Below are positions 48,331 to 57,639 of a DNA stretch of 64,000 nucleotides, piece after piece. Within the stretch, counting starts at the first letter, position 1. Each line of letters starts with the position of its first letter. The DNA is taken from NCBI GenBank assembly GCA_963721765.1, contig CAVRJP010000002.1, forward strand, positions 112,474-176,473, given 5' to 3'. Origin of the DNA: an uncultured Chloroflexia bacterium. GTDB taxonomy: Bacteria; Chloroflexota; Limnocylindria; Limnocylindrales; CSP1-4. The translations under genes and the position numbers were made by a program. The notes below the pieces were generated by a model, which ran no database searches, was not told where the DNA came from, and saw nothing but the letters and a program-made list of their open reading frames with translations.

Positions 48331-49398
48331 CTACTCGACGCTGGGCGGCGGTACGGCGTCCAGGATCGAGCGGACGATCGCCTCGGGCGTGATGCCCTCG
48401 GCCTCTCCCTCGAAGTTCAGGATGACGCGGTGCCGCAGCGCGGGCAGGCAAACCGCGCGAATGTCGTCGATGGACACGTTGAACCTGCCGTCGAGCAGGG
48501 CGTAGATCTTGCCGGCCGTCACGAGCGCCTGCGCGCCGCGGGGCGACCCGCCGTAGCGGACGTACTCGCGCACCAGCTGCGGGGCGCGCGGCTGGTCCGG
48601 ATGGCTCGCCGCGAGCAGCCCGACGGCGAAGGCGGTGACGTGCGGCGCGATCGGGACGGCGCGGGCCAGCCGCTGCATCTCGACGATCTCGGCCGCGTTG
48701 GCGATCTTGCCGGCGGTGGGTGCCTCGGCGCCCGTGGTCCGCTCCATGATCGCGATGAGGTCCTCCTCGGACGGGAAGGGGACCATGACCTTGAAGATGA
48801 ACCGATCGAGCTGCGCCTCGGGGAGGGGATAGGTGCCCTCCATCTCGAGGGGGTTCTGCGTCGCGAGGACGAAGAACGGCGGGTCGAGCTTGTACCGATT
48901 CCGGGCCACCGTGACCTGGTGCTCCTGCATCGCCTCGAGCAGGCTCGACTGGGTCTTCGGCGTGGCCCGGTTGATCTCGTCGGCGAGGATGAGGTTCGCG
49001 AAGATTGGCCCGGACTGGAACTTGAAGACGCGTTGTCCGCCTTCCTCGACCAGGATGTTCGTGCCGGTGATGTCGGCGGGCATCAGGTCCGGCGTGAACT
49101 GGACGCGGCTGAATGTGCAGTCGATCACATCCGCGATCGTCCGGACGAGCATCGTCTTGCCCAGACCGGGCACGCCCTCGAGGAGGACGTGGCTGTTGGC
49201 GAGCAGTCCGGTGAGCGTCTGTCGAACCAGCTCGCGCTGGCCGACGATGACCTTTCCGACCTCGCGCTCGATGGCCGCGGCTCGCTCCGCGAACGCCTCG
49301 GGAGCGAGATGCGGTACGGCCACGCCGCCAGTGGCCGCCTCGGCCACCGCGTTGGTCGTCGATTCCATGGCTGCCTCCGTCGACCGTGACTCGGTCAC
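48331..49398 (-). CDS. MoxR-family AAA+ ATPase
   Basis: Walker A GVPGLGKT, Walker B LILADEINRATP, and QSSLLEAMQE. Confidence 0.9.
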   Translation of the reverse strand: MTESRSTEAAMESTTNAVAEAATGGVAVPHLAPEAFAERAAAIEREVGKVIVGQRELVRQTLTGLLANSHVLLEGVPGLGKTMLVRTIADVIDCTFSRVQFTPDLMPADITGTNILVEEGGQRVFKFQSGPIFANLILADEINRATPKTQSSLLEAMQEHQVTVARNRYKLDPPFFVLATQNPLEMEGTYPLPEAQLDRFIFKVMVPFPSEEDLIAIMERTTGAEAPTAGKIANAAEIVEMQRLARAVPIAPHVTAFAVGLLAASHPDQPRAPQLVREYVRYGGSPRGAQALVTAGKIYALLDGRFNVSIDDIRAVCLPALRHRVILNFEGEAEGITPEAIVRSILDAVPPPSVE

Positions 49399-51446
49399 TG
49401 GTTCGGGTCGAGCGAGCTGAAGTAGTCGCGCACGAAGTCGCGCACGGACAGCGGCAGGTAGCCGCGATCGAGCGTCGTCAGTGCGAACTGCTGGAAGTCG
49501 GCGTAGACCTGCTGGTAGCCGACGTACGAACCCGGGTCCACGCCGGCGCCCTGCTGGTTGCCCTGCGTGACCTGCCCGTTGCCGCCGTTGCCGGAGATGT
49601 ACGACGGGTCACCCGGGCGACCGAGCCGGTCGAACGGCGCGAAGATGTTGCCGAGGTCGCCCCCGAGCTCTGACGGTCGATTCGGGTTCACCGGACCGCC
49701 GAGGTTCGCGTTGCCGCCGACGCCGGAACCGAGGTAGCTGGCGTTCGAGCCGCCGCCACCGATCGAGCCCTGACCCTGGCCCTGGCCCTGCCCCTGGCCC
49801 TGACCTTGACCCTGGCCCTGGCCTTGACCCTGGCCCTGGCCTTGCCCCTGGCCCTGGCCCTGGCCCTGGCCCTGGCCCTGGCCCTGGCCCTGGCCCTGGC
49901 CTTGGCCCTGGCCCTGACCCTGACCTTGACCTTGACCCTGACCCTGACCTTGACCTTGCCCCTGGCCCTGCTGACCCTGACCTTGCTGACCCTGACCCTG
50001 CTGCCCTTGCCCCTGCTGACCCTGGCCTTGCTGACCCTGACCCTGCTGCCCTTGCCCCTGCTGCCCCTGGCCTTGCTGGCCCTGCTGGCCGGCATTCGCG
50101 AGGTTCCGGCGGGCGTCCTGGAGCTGGTTTGCCGCGGAGGTGAGATCGCGGTTCGTAGCGACTCGGTCCGAAGCGTCACCAAGCGCGTCGGCGAGCCGAT
50201 CGAGGGCAGCCTGCGCGTTGGCCGCGTCGCCCTGGGCGAGGCTCTGGGCCGCATCGCGGAGCGCCTGGCTGGCAGCACCGCCGGCCTGGCTCGCTGCGCC
50301 CTCGAGCTCCGTGAGCCGGCGAGCCAGCTCCTTCTGCTCCTCGGGCGTCAGCTTGTCCACGTCCTTCGCCGCGTCCTTGAGATCGTCCGACGCCTTCTTC
50401 GGGTCGCCGTCAGGGTTGGCGTTCGCATTGCCCGTCGCGGCGCGCGAGAGGCCGCGGCTCAGGGCTGAGAGGGCGGCGGCGCGCTGCTCGTTCGCGGGGT
50501 CGAGCTGCGATCGCAGCGCGGCCTCGATCGATCCGAGCTTGGCGAGGTTGGCATTGAGCTCACCCGGGTTCTGGCGCAGCTGCTTCGCGAGCTCCCGCAG
50601 CTCCCTGGCGAGAAGGGTGCGGGGATCGTCGGTCGTGGCGCCCTTGTCCTCGAGCTCCTCGGCGACCCGATCGAGACGGTCGGCCTGGGCCTTCGCCTCC
50701 TCGCGGACGTCGCGGGCCTGGGCGATCAGGATGTCCTGCGGGTTCGGAAGCAACACGACAGGCGCGAGCACGAGCATCGCGACCAGGGCGACGGCGGCGG
50801 GCCGGCGCGAGAAGCGCGGCTTGAACAGGTTCGATCGTGTCGTTCTGAGCGCGGTCAGCGTGTCCCGACGCTGCCGACGGACGAAGTCGCGCCGCTCGGC
50901 CTCGGGATCGAGGGCGTTGGTCGCATCGGCGTCCGAGGGAGCCTCGGCGGCCGGAGCCGCACCCGCGGTGTCGGGGAACGCGATCGCGAGCGCGAGCGCG
51001 CTGGCAGCTCGATCGCCGAGCCCGCCCTCTCGGTCGACGGCGATCGCCGTCTCCCCGAGGGATGGCCGGGACCCGACGGCGAGGACGAGGAGCACGAAAC
51101 CCGCGAGCACCGGGATCGCCGCCGCGATGGTGGGCGCGATCTCGAGCGGGAACAGCCGGGCGAGCGTCCACAGGACGAGCTCGGCGATGACCGCGCCCGC
51201 GAGGACCAGCCACGTGCGCCGGACGATCCGGCGGAACCACAGCCGGCGGCCATGCGGCAGGAGGAGCCGACGCACGGCAGTGAGGTCCGGGTCGAGCTGA
51301 CCCGAGAGCACGCGTCGCGGATCCATCGGGACGAACTGGTCGGACTGCGTCATCCCGTCCTCGGTCGCGCCCCGCCGCCAGCGCGGCACCAGCCGACGGA
51401 GGCTCGGGAATCGGGATCGTCGAGTCGCGGGTTGCTGCGTGGCCAT
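49395..51446 (-). CDS. Membrane-anchored coiled-coil protein with a long Gln-Gly repeat (hypothetical)
   Basis: 683-aa ORF. Basic N-terminus, three TM segments, a ~250-aa Ala/Glu/Arg-rich helical region, then about 107 residues of (QG)n/(QGQGQQ)n and a Gly/Asn-rich tail. It overlaps the neighbours by 1 nt and 4 nt. Confidence 0.75.
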   Translation of the reverse strand: MATQQPATRRSRFPSLRRLVPRWRRGATEDGMTQSDQFVPMDPRRVLSGQLDPDLTAVRRLLLPHGRRLWFRRIVRRTWLVLAGAVIAELVLWTLARLFPLEIAPTIAAAIPVLAGFVLLVLAVGSRPSLGETAIAVDREGGLGDRAASALALAIAFPDTAGAAPAAEAPSDADATNALDPEAERRDFVRRQRRDTLTALRTTRSNLFKPRFSRRPAAVALVAMLVLAPVVLLPNPQDILIAQARDVREEAKAQADRLDRVAEELEDKGATTDDPRTLLARELRELAKQLRQNPGELNANLAKLGSIEAALRSQLDPANEQRAAALSALSRGLSRAATGNANANPDGDPKKASDDLKDAAKDVDKLTPEEQKELARRLTELEGAASQAGGAASQALRDAAQSLAQGDAANAQAALDRLADALGDASDRVATNRDLTSAANQLQDARRNLANAGQQGQQGQGQQGQGQQGQGQQGQGQQGQGQQGQGQQGQGQQGQGQGQGQGQGQGQGQGQGQGQGQGQGQGQGQGQGQGQGQGQGQGQGQGQGQGQGQGQGQGQGQGQGSIGGGGSNASYLGSGVGGNANLGGPVNPNRPSELGGDLGNIFAPFDRLGRPGDPSYISGNGGNGQVTQGNQQGAGVDPGSYVGYQQVYADFQQFALTTLDRGYLPLSVRDFVRDYFSSLDPNQ
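49768..50090 (-). repeat. In-frame hexanucleotide microsatellite (CCYTGR)n, about 54 units, encoding the Gln-Gly repeat
   Basis: Uninterrupted run of CCCTGG/CCTTGA/CCCTGA/CCTTGC units on the plus strand (CAG/CAA GGN on the coding strand). Confidence 0.9.
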
Positions 51447-52645
51447 CAGGCGCTCCTCCTCCGGATGAGACGGCGCACGGGACCCGGCAGGCTGGGACGC
51501 CAGCGACGCGTTGGGGTGACGAACTGGACCGAGGCGAGGGTCATGACGGCGGCAAGGACCAGGAAGCTCACGGCGCTCTTGGGCCAGAACCGATCCCGCC
51601 AGGGATCCGCCACGGCCGCCTGGATCACGTCGGGCTGATTCGGGTCAACGCCGCCGCCCTGGATGATGACCGGGCCACCGACACCGATGGGCACGCGGAG
51701 GACGCCGCCATCCTTGATCCCGCCGCCGAAGTCGACGGCCGGCTCCGGGATCCCGATGCCGGGCATCGGAGCAGGCACGGGGCGGATGGGGAAGTCAGGA
51801 TTGACGAGCTGGAGCGAGGATCCGACGACGCCGGACATCACCCCGCATGCGGTGCCGAAGCCGCCGTCCTCCGTGCCGCAAGCGACGTCAGCCTGGGCAA
51901 CGAACGGGTTGAAGTACAGGAGCGCCTCGGCCGGCTGCTTGCGCAGGCCGTTGGAGCCGATCTCGGCGGTGTCGTTCAGGTAGACCCAGAAGAACCACGA
52001 CCCGACGAGCATGCCCAGTGTCACGACGAACGTCAGGCCGGTCGCCGCGCCCGTTCGACGGGTGAGCGTTGAGAAGAAGATCCCGACGGAGCCGAGACCG
52101 ATGGCCGTCGCGAAGAGGACGACGTATCCCCTGAGCATGTCGTCGGGGGCGACGCCGCCGAAGAGGAACACGAGGGCGGTCACCGGGATCGAGGCCAGGA
52201 TCAGCACGAACACCCAGGCGAGCGCGCTGAACAGCTTGCCGACGATGATCGCGAGTGACGAGATCGGCGTGACCGCGAGGAGGTCGAGGGTCTGGTGCTC
52301 TCGCTCGCTGCTGATCGCGCCCGCGGTCGCGGCCGGCGCCAGCACGGCGACCATCAGCGTCTGCAGCAGCAACAGGCCGATGAAGATGTCGCGCCCGATT
52401 GCCGCGGAGGCGTAGGTTGCCTGGCCCCCGAACGACCCCAGGCTCGAGATCCGCTCCTCGCTGAGCTGGAGGAGCATCCACGAGAAGAGGCTCAGGAGCA
52501 GGACGTGGATCGTGATGATCGTGAACGCCCGCCGGCCGCGCATCCGGCCGCGAAGCTCCTTCACGATGATCGCGCTGATCCCGGAGCTGAGGCGAATGGC
52601 GGGGAGCCGGCCCCGGAGGGTCAGCCGGCTCGCGATCGTGCTCAT
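51446..52645 (-). CDS. ABC-2-type transporter permease
   Basis: 399-aa protein with six or more hydrophobic helices and the ABC-2 motif ISSEREHQTLDLL. Its start overlaps the ATPase stop by 4 nt. Confidence 0.75.
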   Translation of the reverse strand: MSTIASRLTLRGRLPAIRLSSGISAIIVKELRGRMRGRRAFTIITIHVLLLSLFSWMLLQLSEERISSLGSFGGQATYASAAIGRDIFIGLLLLQTLMVAVLAPAATAGAISSEREHQTLDLLAVTPISSLAIIVGKLFSALAWVFVLILASIPVTALVFLFGGVAPDDMLRGYVVLFATAIGLGSVGIFFSTLTRRTGAATGLTFVVTLGMLVGSWFFWVYLNDTAEIGSNGLRKQPAEALLYFNPFVAQADVACGTEDGGFGTACGVMSGVVGSSLQLVNPDFPIRPVPAPMPGIGIPEPAVDFGGGIKDGGVLRVPIGVGGPVIIQGGGVDPNQPDVIQAAVADPWRDRFWPKSAVSFLVLAAVMTLASVQFVTPTRRWRPSLPGPVRRLIRRRSA

Positions 52646-53610
52646 GCCTGGACGCTCCCGTCTCCGGCGAGATCGCGCTCCGTGACCTGGAGGAACAGCT
52701 CCTGGAGATCCGTGGCCGCGGGCGAGTAGCTCGCGACGCGGATCCTGGCGCGGACCGCCGCGGCGAGGAGCTCCGCAGCCCCCGTCTCGTCACCGCCGAA
52801 TCCGATCGTGATCTCGCCGGCATTCTCGACCTCGGCCGAGGCGACGTCGGGGCGGCCCTCGAACCATGCCAAGGCGGCCTGGACGGTCTCCTGATCGCCG
52901 AGGACGCGCACGCGCAGGACCTCGCCGATCCGCAGACGCTGGCCGATCTCGGCGATCGTGCCCGAGGCGAGCACGCGCCCCCGGTCGACGATCGCCACGG
53001 AGGTGCACAGCTCCTCGAGCTCGGGGAGGATGTGGCTGCTGATCAGGATCGTCTTGCCCAGGTTGCGCAGCTCCCGGAGCAGCTCCCGCAGCTCGACCCG
53101 AGCGCGAGGGTCCAGGCCCGAGGCGGGCTCGTCGAGGAGCAGGACCTGCGGATCGTGCACGAGCGCGTGCGCGAGGCATAGCCGCTGCTGCATGCCGCGC
53201 GACAGGCTGAGGACGTACGCATCTCGCTTCGCGGCGAGGTCGACGAGCTCGAGCAGGTCGCCGATCATCCGCCGTCGCTGTGCGGGGCCGAGCCCATAGC
53301 ACCGACCGAAGAAGTCCAGGTACTCCCAGACTTTCATGTCGTCGTAGACCCCAAAGGCGTCGGGCATGTAGCCGAGGACGCGACGAACGGCCTGCGGGTT
53401 CCGACGAATCGAAACGCCCGCGATCTCGGCATCGCCAGAGGTCGGTTCGAGGAGCGTCGCGAGCATCCGCAGCATCGTGGTCTTGCCCGCGCCGTTAGGG
53501 CCCACGAGCCCGAAGATCTCGCCCTGCTCGACCGACAAGTCGACGCTCGCGACTGCGAGCGTGCCGTTGTATCGCTTGACCAGGCCGCGGGCTTCGACGA
53601 TGGCGCTCAT
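52642..53610 (-). CDS. ABC transporter ATP-binding protein
   Basis: ATG at 53610 within ORF 52642..55119. Walker A GPNGAGKTT, signature LSRGMQQR, Walker B LLLDEPASGLD. Confidence 0.9.
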   Translation of the reverse strand: MSAIVEARGLVKRYNGTLAVASVDLSVEQGEIFGLVGPNGAGKTTMLRMLATLLEPTSGDAEIAGVSIRRNPQAVRRVLGYMPDAFGVYDDMKVWEYLDFFGRCYGLGPAQRRRMIGDLLELVDLAAKRDAYVLSLSRGMQQRLCLAHALVHDPQVLLLDEPASGLDPRARVELRELLRELRNLGKTILISSHILPELEELCTSVAIVDRGRVLASGTIAEIGQRLRIGEVLRVRVLGDQETVQAALAWFEGRPDVASAEVENAGEITIGFGGDETGAAELLAAAVRARIRVASYSPAATDLQELFLQVTERDLAGDGSVQA

Positions 53611-56081
53611 TCGACCGTTCCGTCGAGGACGAGCTGGAAGCCGAAGCCGACGCTCGACTCGGGATTGTCGTTGATGAACCGCACGAGCAGCTGGCCCGTG
53701 CCCGGGTCGACATACCGGGTCGGGTCGGTCAGGGAGTAGCCGACATCGCCGTCGAGCCGGGGCAGTCTCGCCCACGCCCCGGCAACGAGGTCGAACACCT
53801 CCAGCTCGGGCAGGAAGTCGTCGCGCCTCGGCTGGCAGCCATCGGGCTCGGAGTTGAGGACGTCGATGCACGGCGTCGGGATCTCCGCGAGCGGCTCGAT
53901 CGGCTTGCCGCCCAGCGGGACCTGGTTCCCGCCCGTCCCGAGCGCGAGGCGGATCCCGGAGATCGTGAACTGCCCCTGATACGGGATCGGGCGGTATGCG
54001 AGGGTCGCCGTGCCCGTGCCCATGTTCAGGAAGAGCCGGTCCTTCGAGAAGAACTGGGCATCGGCGTCGATGACCGTCGACTTCAGGAGGTCGCCCGAGA
54101 AGGTGGTCTTGCCCTCGATCCCGATGCCGATCGGCACGTAGTACAGGATGTTGCCGTTGCGTCGCGGGGCGATCGTGCCGACCCGGAGGTCCAGCAGCTC
54201 GCTCCGTGCGAAGGCGAGGATTACGGCCTGGTCGGCGGGCAGCCCGCCGCTCGTCATGCCCGTCGGATCGAAGGCGAGCTGGTTGACCATCGCGTACCGC
54301 GTCGATCGGCGGACGCCGGCCTCGGACGTCGAGTCGAACGATGAGCCCACGACCTGCTCCGCGAGGGATGCACCGAACGGGTTGTCGCGGATCGGCAGCC
54401 GCACGTTGACCTTCTCGCCCGCGCCGACGTCGCCGAGCACGACGACCGACGTTCCGAGCACGACGGCGACGTTCTCGAGGGCGGCCTCGGAGGCGTTCTC
54501 GAACGACCCTGTGAGCACGCCATCCTTCAGCGTGAGCGCCGAGCGCATCCGGGGCCCGTTCACGGGCAGCTCCGCCCGGACGACCCGCAGCGAGCCCGTC
54601 CCGACCGAGAGGTTCCGGACCGCGGACGGCTGCGCCGAGCCCGTGCCCTGGACGATGTCCAGTGTTCCCGAGCCGAGACCGAACGACTCGGCGTTGATCG
54701 GGGGCGCGAGCAACGCGCCCTGCGGGAGCTCGACCCGGTACGTGGAGCGCGTCGGCGAGAAGACGCCGAAGTAGACCTGGGCTGTCGCCTCGGTCGCGTC
54801 CGGTGCGCCACGGACGATGGCCACCTCGTTGACGACGACGTCGGTCCCGCGCAGGACCGCGCCGTAGCCGAACGACGCCGCGGCGAACGCGAGCACGAGC
54901 ACGGGCATCGTGATCCACGCCAGCTCGCGCCGGTCCAGGCGCTTGAGAACGAGGTAGTTGATCGGGCCGATGATCAGGATGTAGGCCGCGAGGATCACGA
55001 GGAGGCCGTTCGTCGGGGGCAGGGCCAGCATCGGGAGCTGGTAGACGGCCTGCACGAGCTGGCTGTCGTCGAGGATGATCGAGCCGTCCCCCGAACGCGC
55101 CGGCAGGGCGCCGCTCCACAGCGCGTCGACGCTCTTGCTCTCGCCGAGCCAGCGCGTGGTCGGATCAAAGCCGAAGATCGTGACCAGCCCGCTCCCGTAG
55201 GCGAGCTCGGCGGCGACGGTGCGATCGCCGGAGATCGCCAGCGGGCGACCCCGGCTCAGCTCGCCGGCCATCGCCGGCAGCTCGGTCGCGCCCTCGGGCA
55301 ACGGGCCGATGAGCGCCGTCAGGCTGCTCGGATCGAGGTCGACGGTCGCCGTCGGGCGGTAGGGCAGGATGTCGTCGGGGAACCCGGAGAGCGTGCCGAT
55401 CCCGGCGCTGCCGCCGGCAATGACCAGATGGCCGCCCGCCGCGAGCCAGCGCTTGAGCGCGTCCAGCTGCTCTGCCGACAGCTGGTTGCTGTCGACGTCC
55501 TGCCAGACCAGGCGATCGAGCACGCTCCAGCCCTCGGCTCGAACGGGCAGGTCCGCCAGCGCGAGCGTGATGACCGAGGGGGCCGCACCCATCGGGTTCG
55601 GCGGCAGGTTGATCTGGGAGACGAGCGCCTGGGGCCGCTCGGCGAGGACCCCGACGACGAGCTGCGTCGCATCGTGCATCAGGTAGGCGACCGTCACGCT
55701 GTCGATGACCTGGTCGTTCGCGAAGAGGTCAACCTTGACGGTCCGCCCGAAGGCCGGCGGCTGGGCGTGGAGGACGTACGTCTTGTGCGAGCCGGTCGGC
55801 AGGTCGACGGCCATCGCGAACCGGGCATTGGCCTGCTCGCCACCGTCCATCCGCAGCTCGCCCTGGATCGATGGGCCGTCGTTCTGGAGGTCGACCTCGA
55901 TCGCAGCCCACGAGCCACTACGGACGTGGCCCTGGAGCATGATCCGGGCATTGATCGTCAACTCGCCCGCACTGGACCCGGTGAGGGCGAGCGGCCCGAG
56001 CGAGAGCAGCGTGATGCCGAGCGCCACGGCCAGCCGCGCGGCAACGCGCGGGACCCGGAACCGATGCGCCGGCTGCGCCAC
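53607..56081 (-). CDS. Large membrane protein with a GATase1-like/GldG-like module (hypothetical), first gene of the operon
   Basis: GTG at 56081 lies 4 nt after AAGGGAGG. Signal peptide (RLAVALGITLLSLGPLALTG), a segment ALKRWLAAGGHLVIAGGSAG, and mid-protein TM helices (LLVILAAYILIIGPINYLVL, WITMPVLVLAFAAASFGYG). 824 aa. Confidence 0.65.
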   Translation of the reverse strand: MAQPAHRFRVPRVAARLAVALGITLLSLGPLALTGSSAGELTINARIMLQGHVRSGSWAAIEVDLQNDGPSIQGELRMDGGEQANARFAMAVDLPTGSHKTYVLHAQPPAFGRTVKVDLFANDQVIDSVTVAYLMHDATQLVVGVLAERPQALVSQINLPPNPMGAAPSVITLALADLPVRAEGWSVLDRLVWQDVDSNQLSAEQLDALKRWLAAGGHLVIAGGSAGIGTLSGFPDDILPYRPTATVDLDPSSLTALIGPLPEGATELPAMAGELSRGRPLAISGDRTVAAELAYGSGLVTIFGFDPTTRWLGESKSVDALWSGALPARSGDGSIILDDSQLVQAVYQLPMLALPPTNGLLVILAAYILIIGPINYLVLKRLDRRELAWITMPVLVLAFAAASFGYGAVLRGTDVVVNEVAIVRGAPDATEATAQVYFGVFSPTRSTYRVELPQGALLAPPINAESFGLGSGTLDIVQGTGSAQPSAVRNLSVGTGSLRVVRAELPVNGPRMRSALTLKDGVLTGSFENASEAALENVAVVLGTSVVVLGDVGAGEKVNVRLPIRDNPFGASLAEQVVGSSFDSTSEAGVRRSTRYAMVNQLAFDPTGMTSGGLPADQAVILAFARSELLDLRVGTIAPRRNGNILYYVPIGIGIEGKTTFSGDLLKSTVIDADAQFFSKDRLFLNMGTGTATLAYRPIPYQGQFTISGIRLALGTGGNQVPLGGKPIEPLAEIPTPCIDVLNSEPDGCQPRRDDFLPELEVFDLVAGAWARLPRLDGDVGYSLTDPTRYVDPGTGQLLVRFINDNPESSVGFGFQLVLDGTVE

Positions 56082-56261
56082 GCAACCTCCCTTGTATCGC
56101 TCGATCATTGCCCTACATGGCGGCCGCGCGGGCCCGAAAGCGCCGGCGGCCGACCCCAACGACGCCGCGGGTCGCCCGATAGTTGCGCGGAGCCCGCAGG
56201 TTGCGTCGACTTTTGTTGCCGGTTTGTTGCCCGGCCGGACGCCATCGTACGATTCCCACCC

Positions 56262-57602
56262 GTGCCGTCCATCCGTCCGTTCCGTGCGCTTCGCTACTCA
56301 CCGGAGCAGGCCCCCGACCTCTCGACGGTGGTCGCGCCGCCATATGACGTGATCTCGCCGGAGACGCGCCGGCTGCTCCTCGCGCGAGATCCGCGCAATA
56401 TCGTCGCGCTCGACCTGCCCGGAGACCGGCCGGGCGATCCGCCCGACGAGCGCTACCGTCGCGCCGCCCGGATCCTGTCGGCTTGGCGGAGCGACGGCAC
56501 GCTTCGGCGAGATTCCCGGCCCGCGCTCTATGCCTACGAGCAGACGTACCGCGTGCCGGGCACCGAGCGCACCGCCACCCGGCGCGGGGTGTTCGCCCGC
56601 GTCCGGCTGGAGCCCTTCGGGCCGGACTCGGGTGTTCGCGCGCACGAGCGCACGCTCGCGGGGCCGCGCGAGGACCGCTACCGGCTCCTGCGGGCGACGG
56701 GCGTGAACACGAGCCCCGTCGTCGGCATCGGCGAGGACGGCTCCGGCTTCGTCGCCGGCTGGTTGCGCGGCGTCACGGCCACGAAGCCGACGATCGAGCT
56801 CGTCGACGGCGATGGGGTTGAGCACCGGCTCTGGGTCGTCACCGTCGGCGAGGATCCGGAGCGCGATTCGGCCATCCAGGCGGTCTGCGACGCGCTCGGC
56901 GAGTCGCCCATCACGCTCGCCGATGGCCACCACCGCTATGAGACCGCGCTGCGCTACAGCCAGGAGCGCGAGCGTGGCCCCCAGGTCGAGGCCGAGCGCG
57001 CCTGGTCGGAGATCCTGATGCTCATCCTCGAGCCGCGTGAGGGCGCGCTGACGGTGCTGCCGACGCACCGGGTGCTCCTCGGGCTCGACGACGCGGGCGT
57101 GGATGGGACGCTCGCGCGACTCCCGGAGCTGTTCGACGTCGAGGCGGCCGCCGAGCAGGCGAAGGTGGTCGCGGCCTTCGACGGCTCGGGAGCGCCGCAC
57201 GGTGGCGAGGGGCGCTTCGGGCTGTGGACGGGTCGCGGCGGGGCGATCCTTCGAGCCCGGCGCGAGGCGTTCGAGCCGTTTCTGCCCCAGGGCGGCGCCG
57301 CGGTGCGGCGTCTTGACGTGACGCTCGCGTCCGTGGCGATCGAGCGCCTCGCGGGCATCGACCCTGCTGCCGTGGCGGAAGGGCGGATCGCGTTTACGAT
57401 GGACGCTCGCCAAGCCGTCACGTGGGTGGACGAGGGCCACGCGCCGAGCGGCGCAGGCACGGCCGCCGTCGCGCTGCTGCTGGACCCGACGCCCGCGTCC
57501 GAGATCGTCGCCGTGGCGGCCGACGGCGACGTCATGCCCCAGAAGAGCACGTACATCTATCCGAAGGCCCTGACCGGCCTCGTCATCAACCCGCTCGAAT
57601 AG
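56262..57602 (+). CDS. DUF1015 domain protein
   Basis: GTG at 56262 in ORF 55428..57602. Characteristic N-terminus IRPFRALRY, APPYDVIS and ADGHHRYETAL. Confidence 0.8.
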   Translation: MPSIRPFRALRYSPEQAPDLSTVVAPPYDVISPETRRLLLARDPRNIVALDLPGDRPGDPPDERYRRAARILSAWRSDGTLRRDSRPALYAYEQTYRVPGTERTATRRGVFARVRLEPFGPDSGVRAHERTLAGPREDRYRLLRATGVNTSPVVGIGEDGSGFVAGWLRGVTATKPTIELVDGDGVEHRLWVVTVGEDPERDSAIQAVCDALGESPITLADGHHRYETALRYSQERERGPQVEAERAWSEILMLILEPREGALTVLPTHRVLLGLDDAGVDGTLARLPELFDVEAAAEQAKVVAAFDGSGAPHGGEGRFGLWTGRGGAILRARREAFEPFLPQGGAAVRRLDVTLASVAIERLAGIDPAAVAEGRIAFTMDARQAVTWVDEGHAPSGAGTAAVALLLDPTPASEIVAVAADGDVMPQKSTYIYPKALTGLVINPLE

Positions 57603-57639
57603 CCCGCGCCTCGAGCACCAGGTCCAAACGGAGGCCCGA

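Noticed and set aside
49768-50090. The hexamer array considered as a CRISPR array or a non-coding satellite
   Set aside because: There are no spacers and the unit length is 6 nt. The array is exactly in frame within a 683-aa ORF that has coding sequence on both sides, so it is a coding microsatellite.
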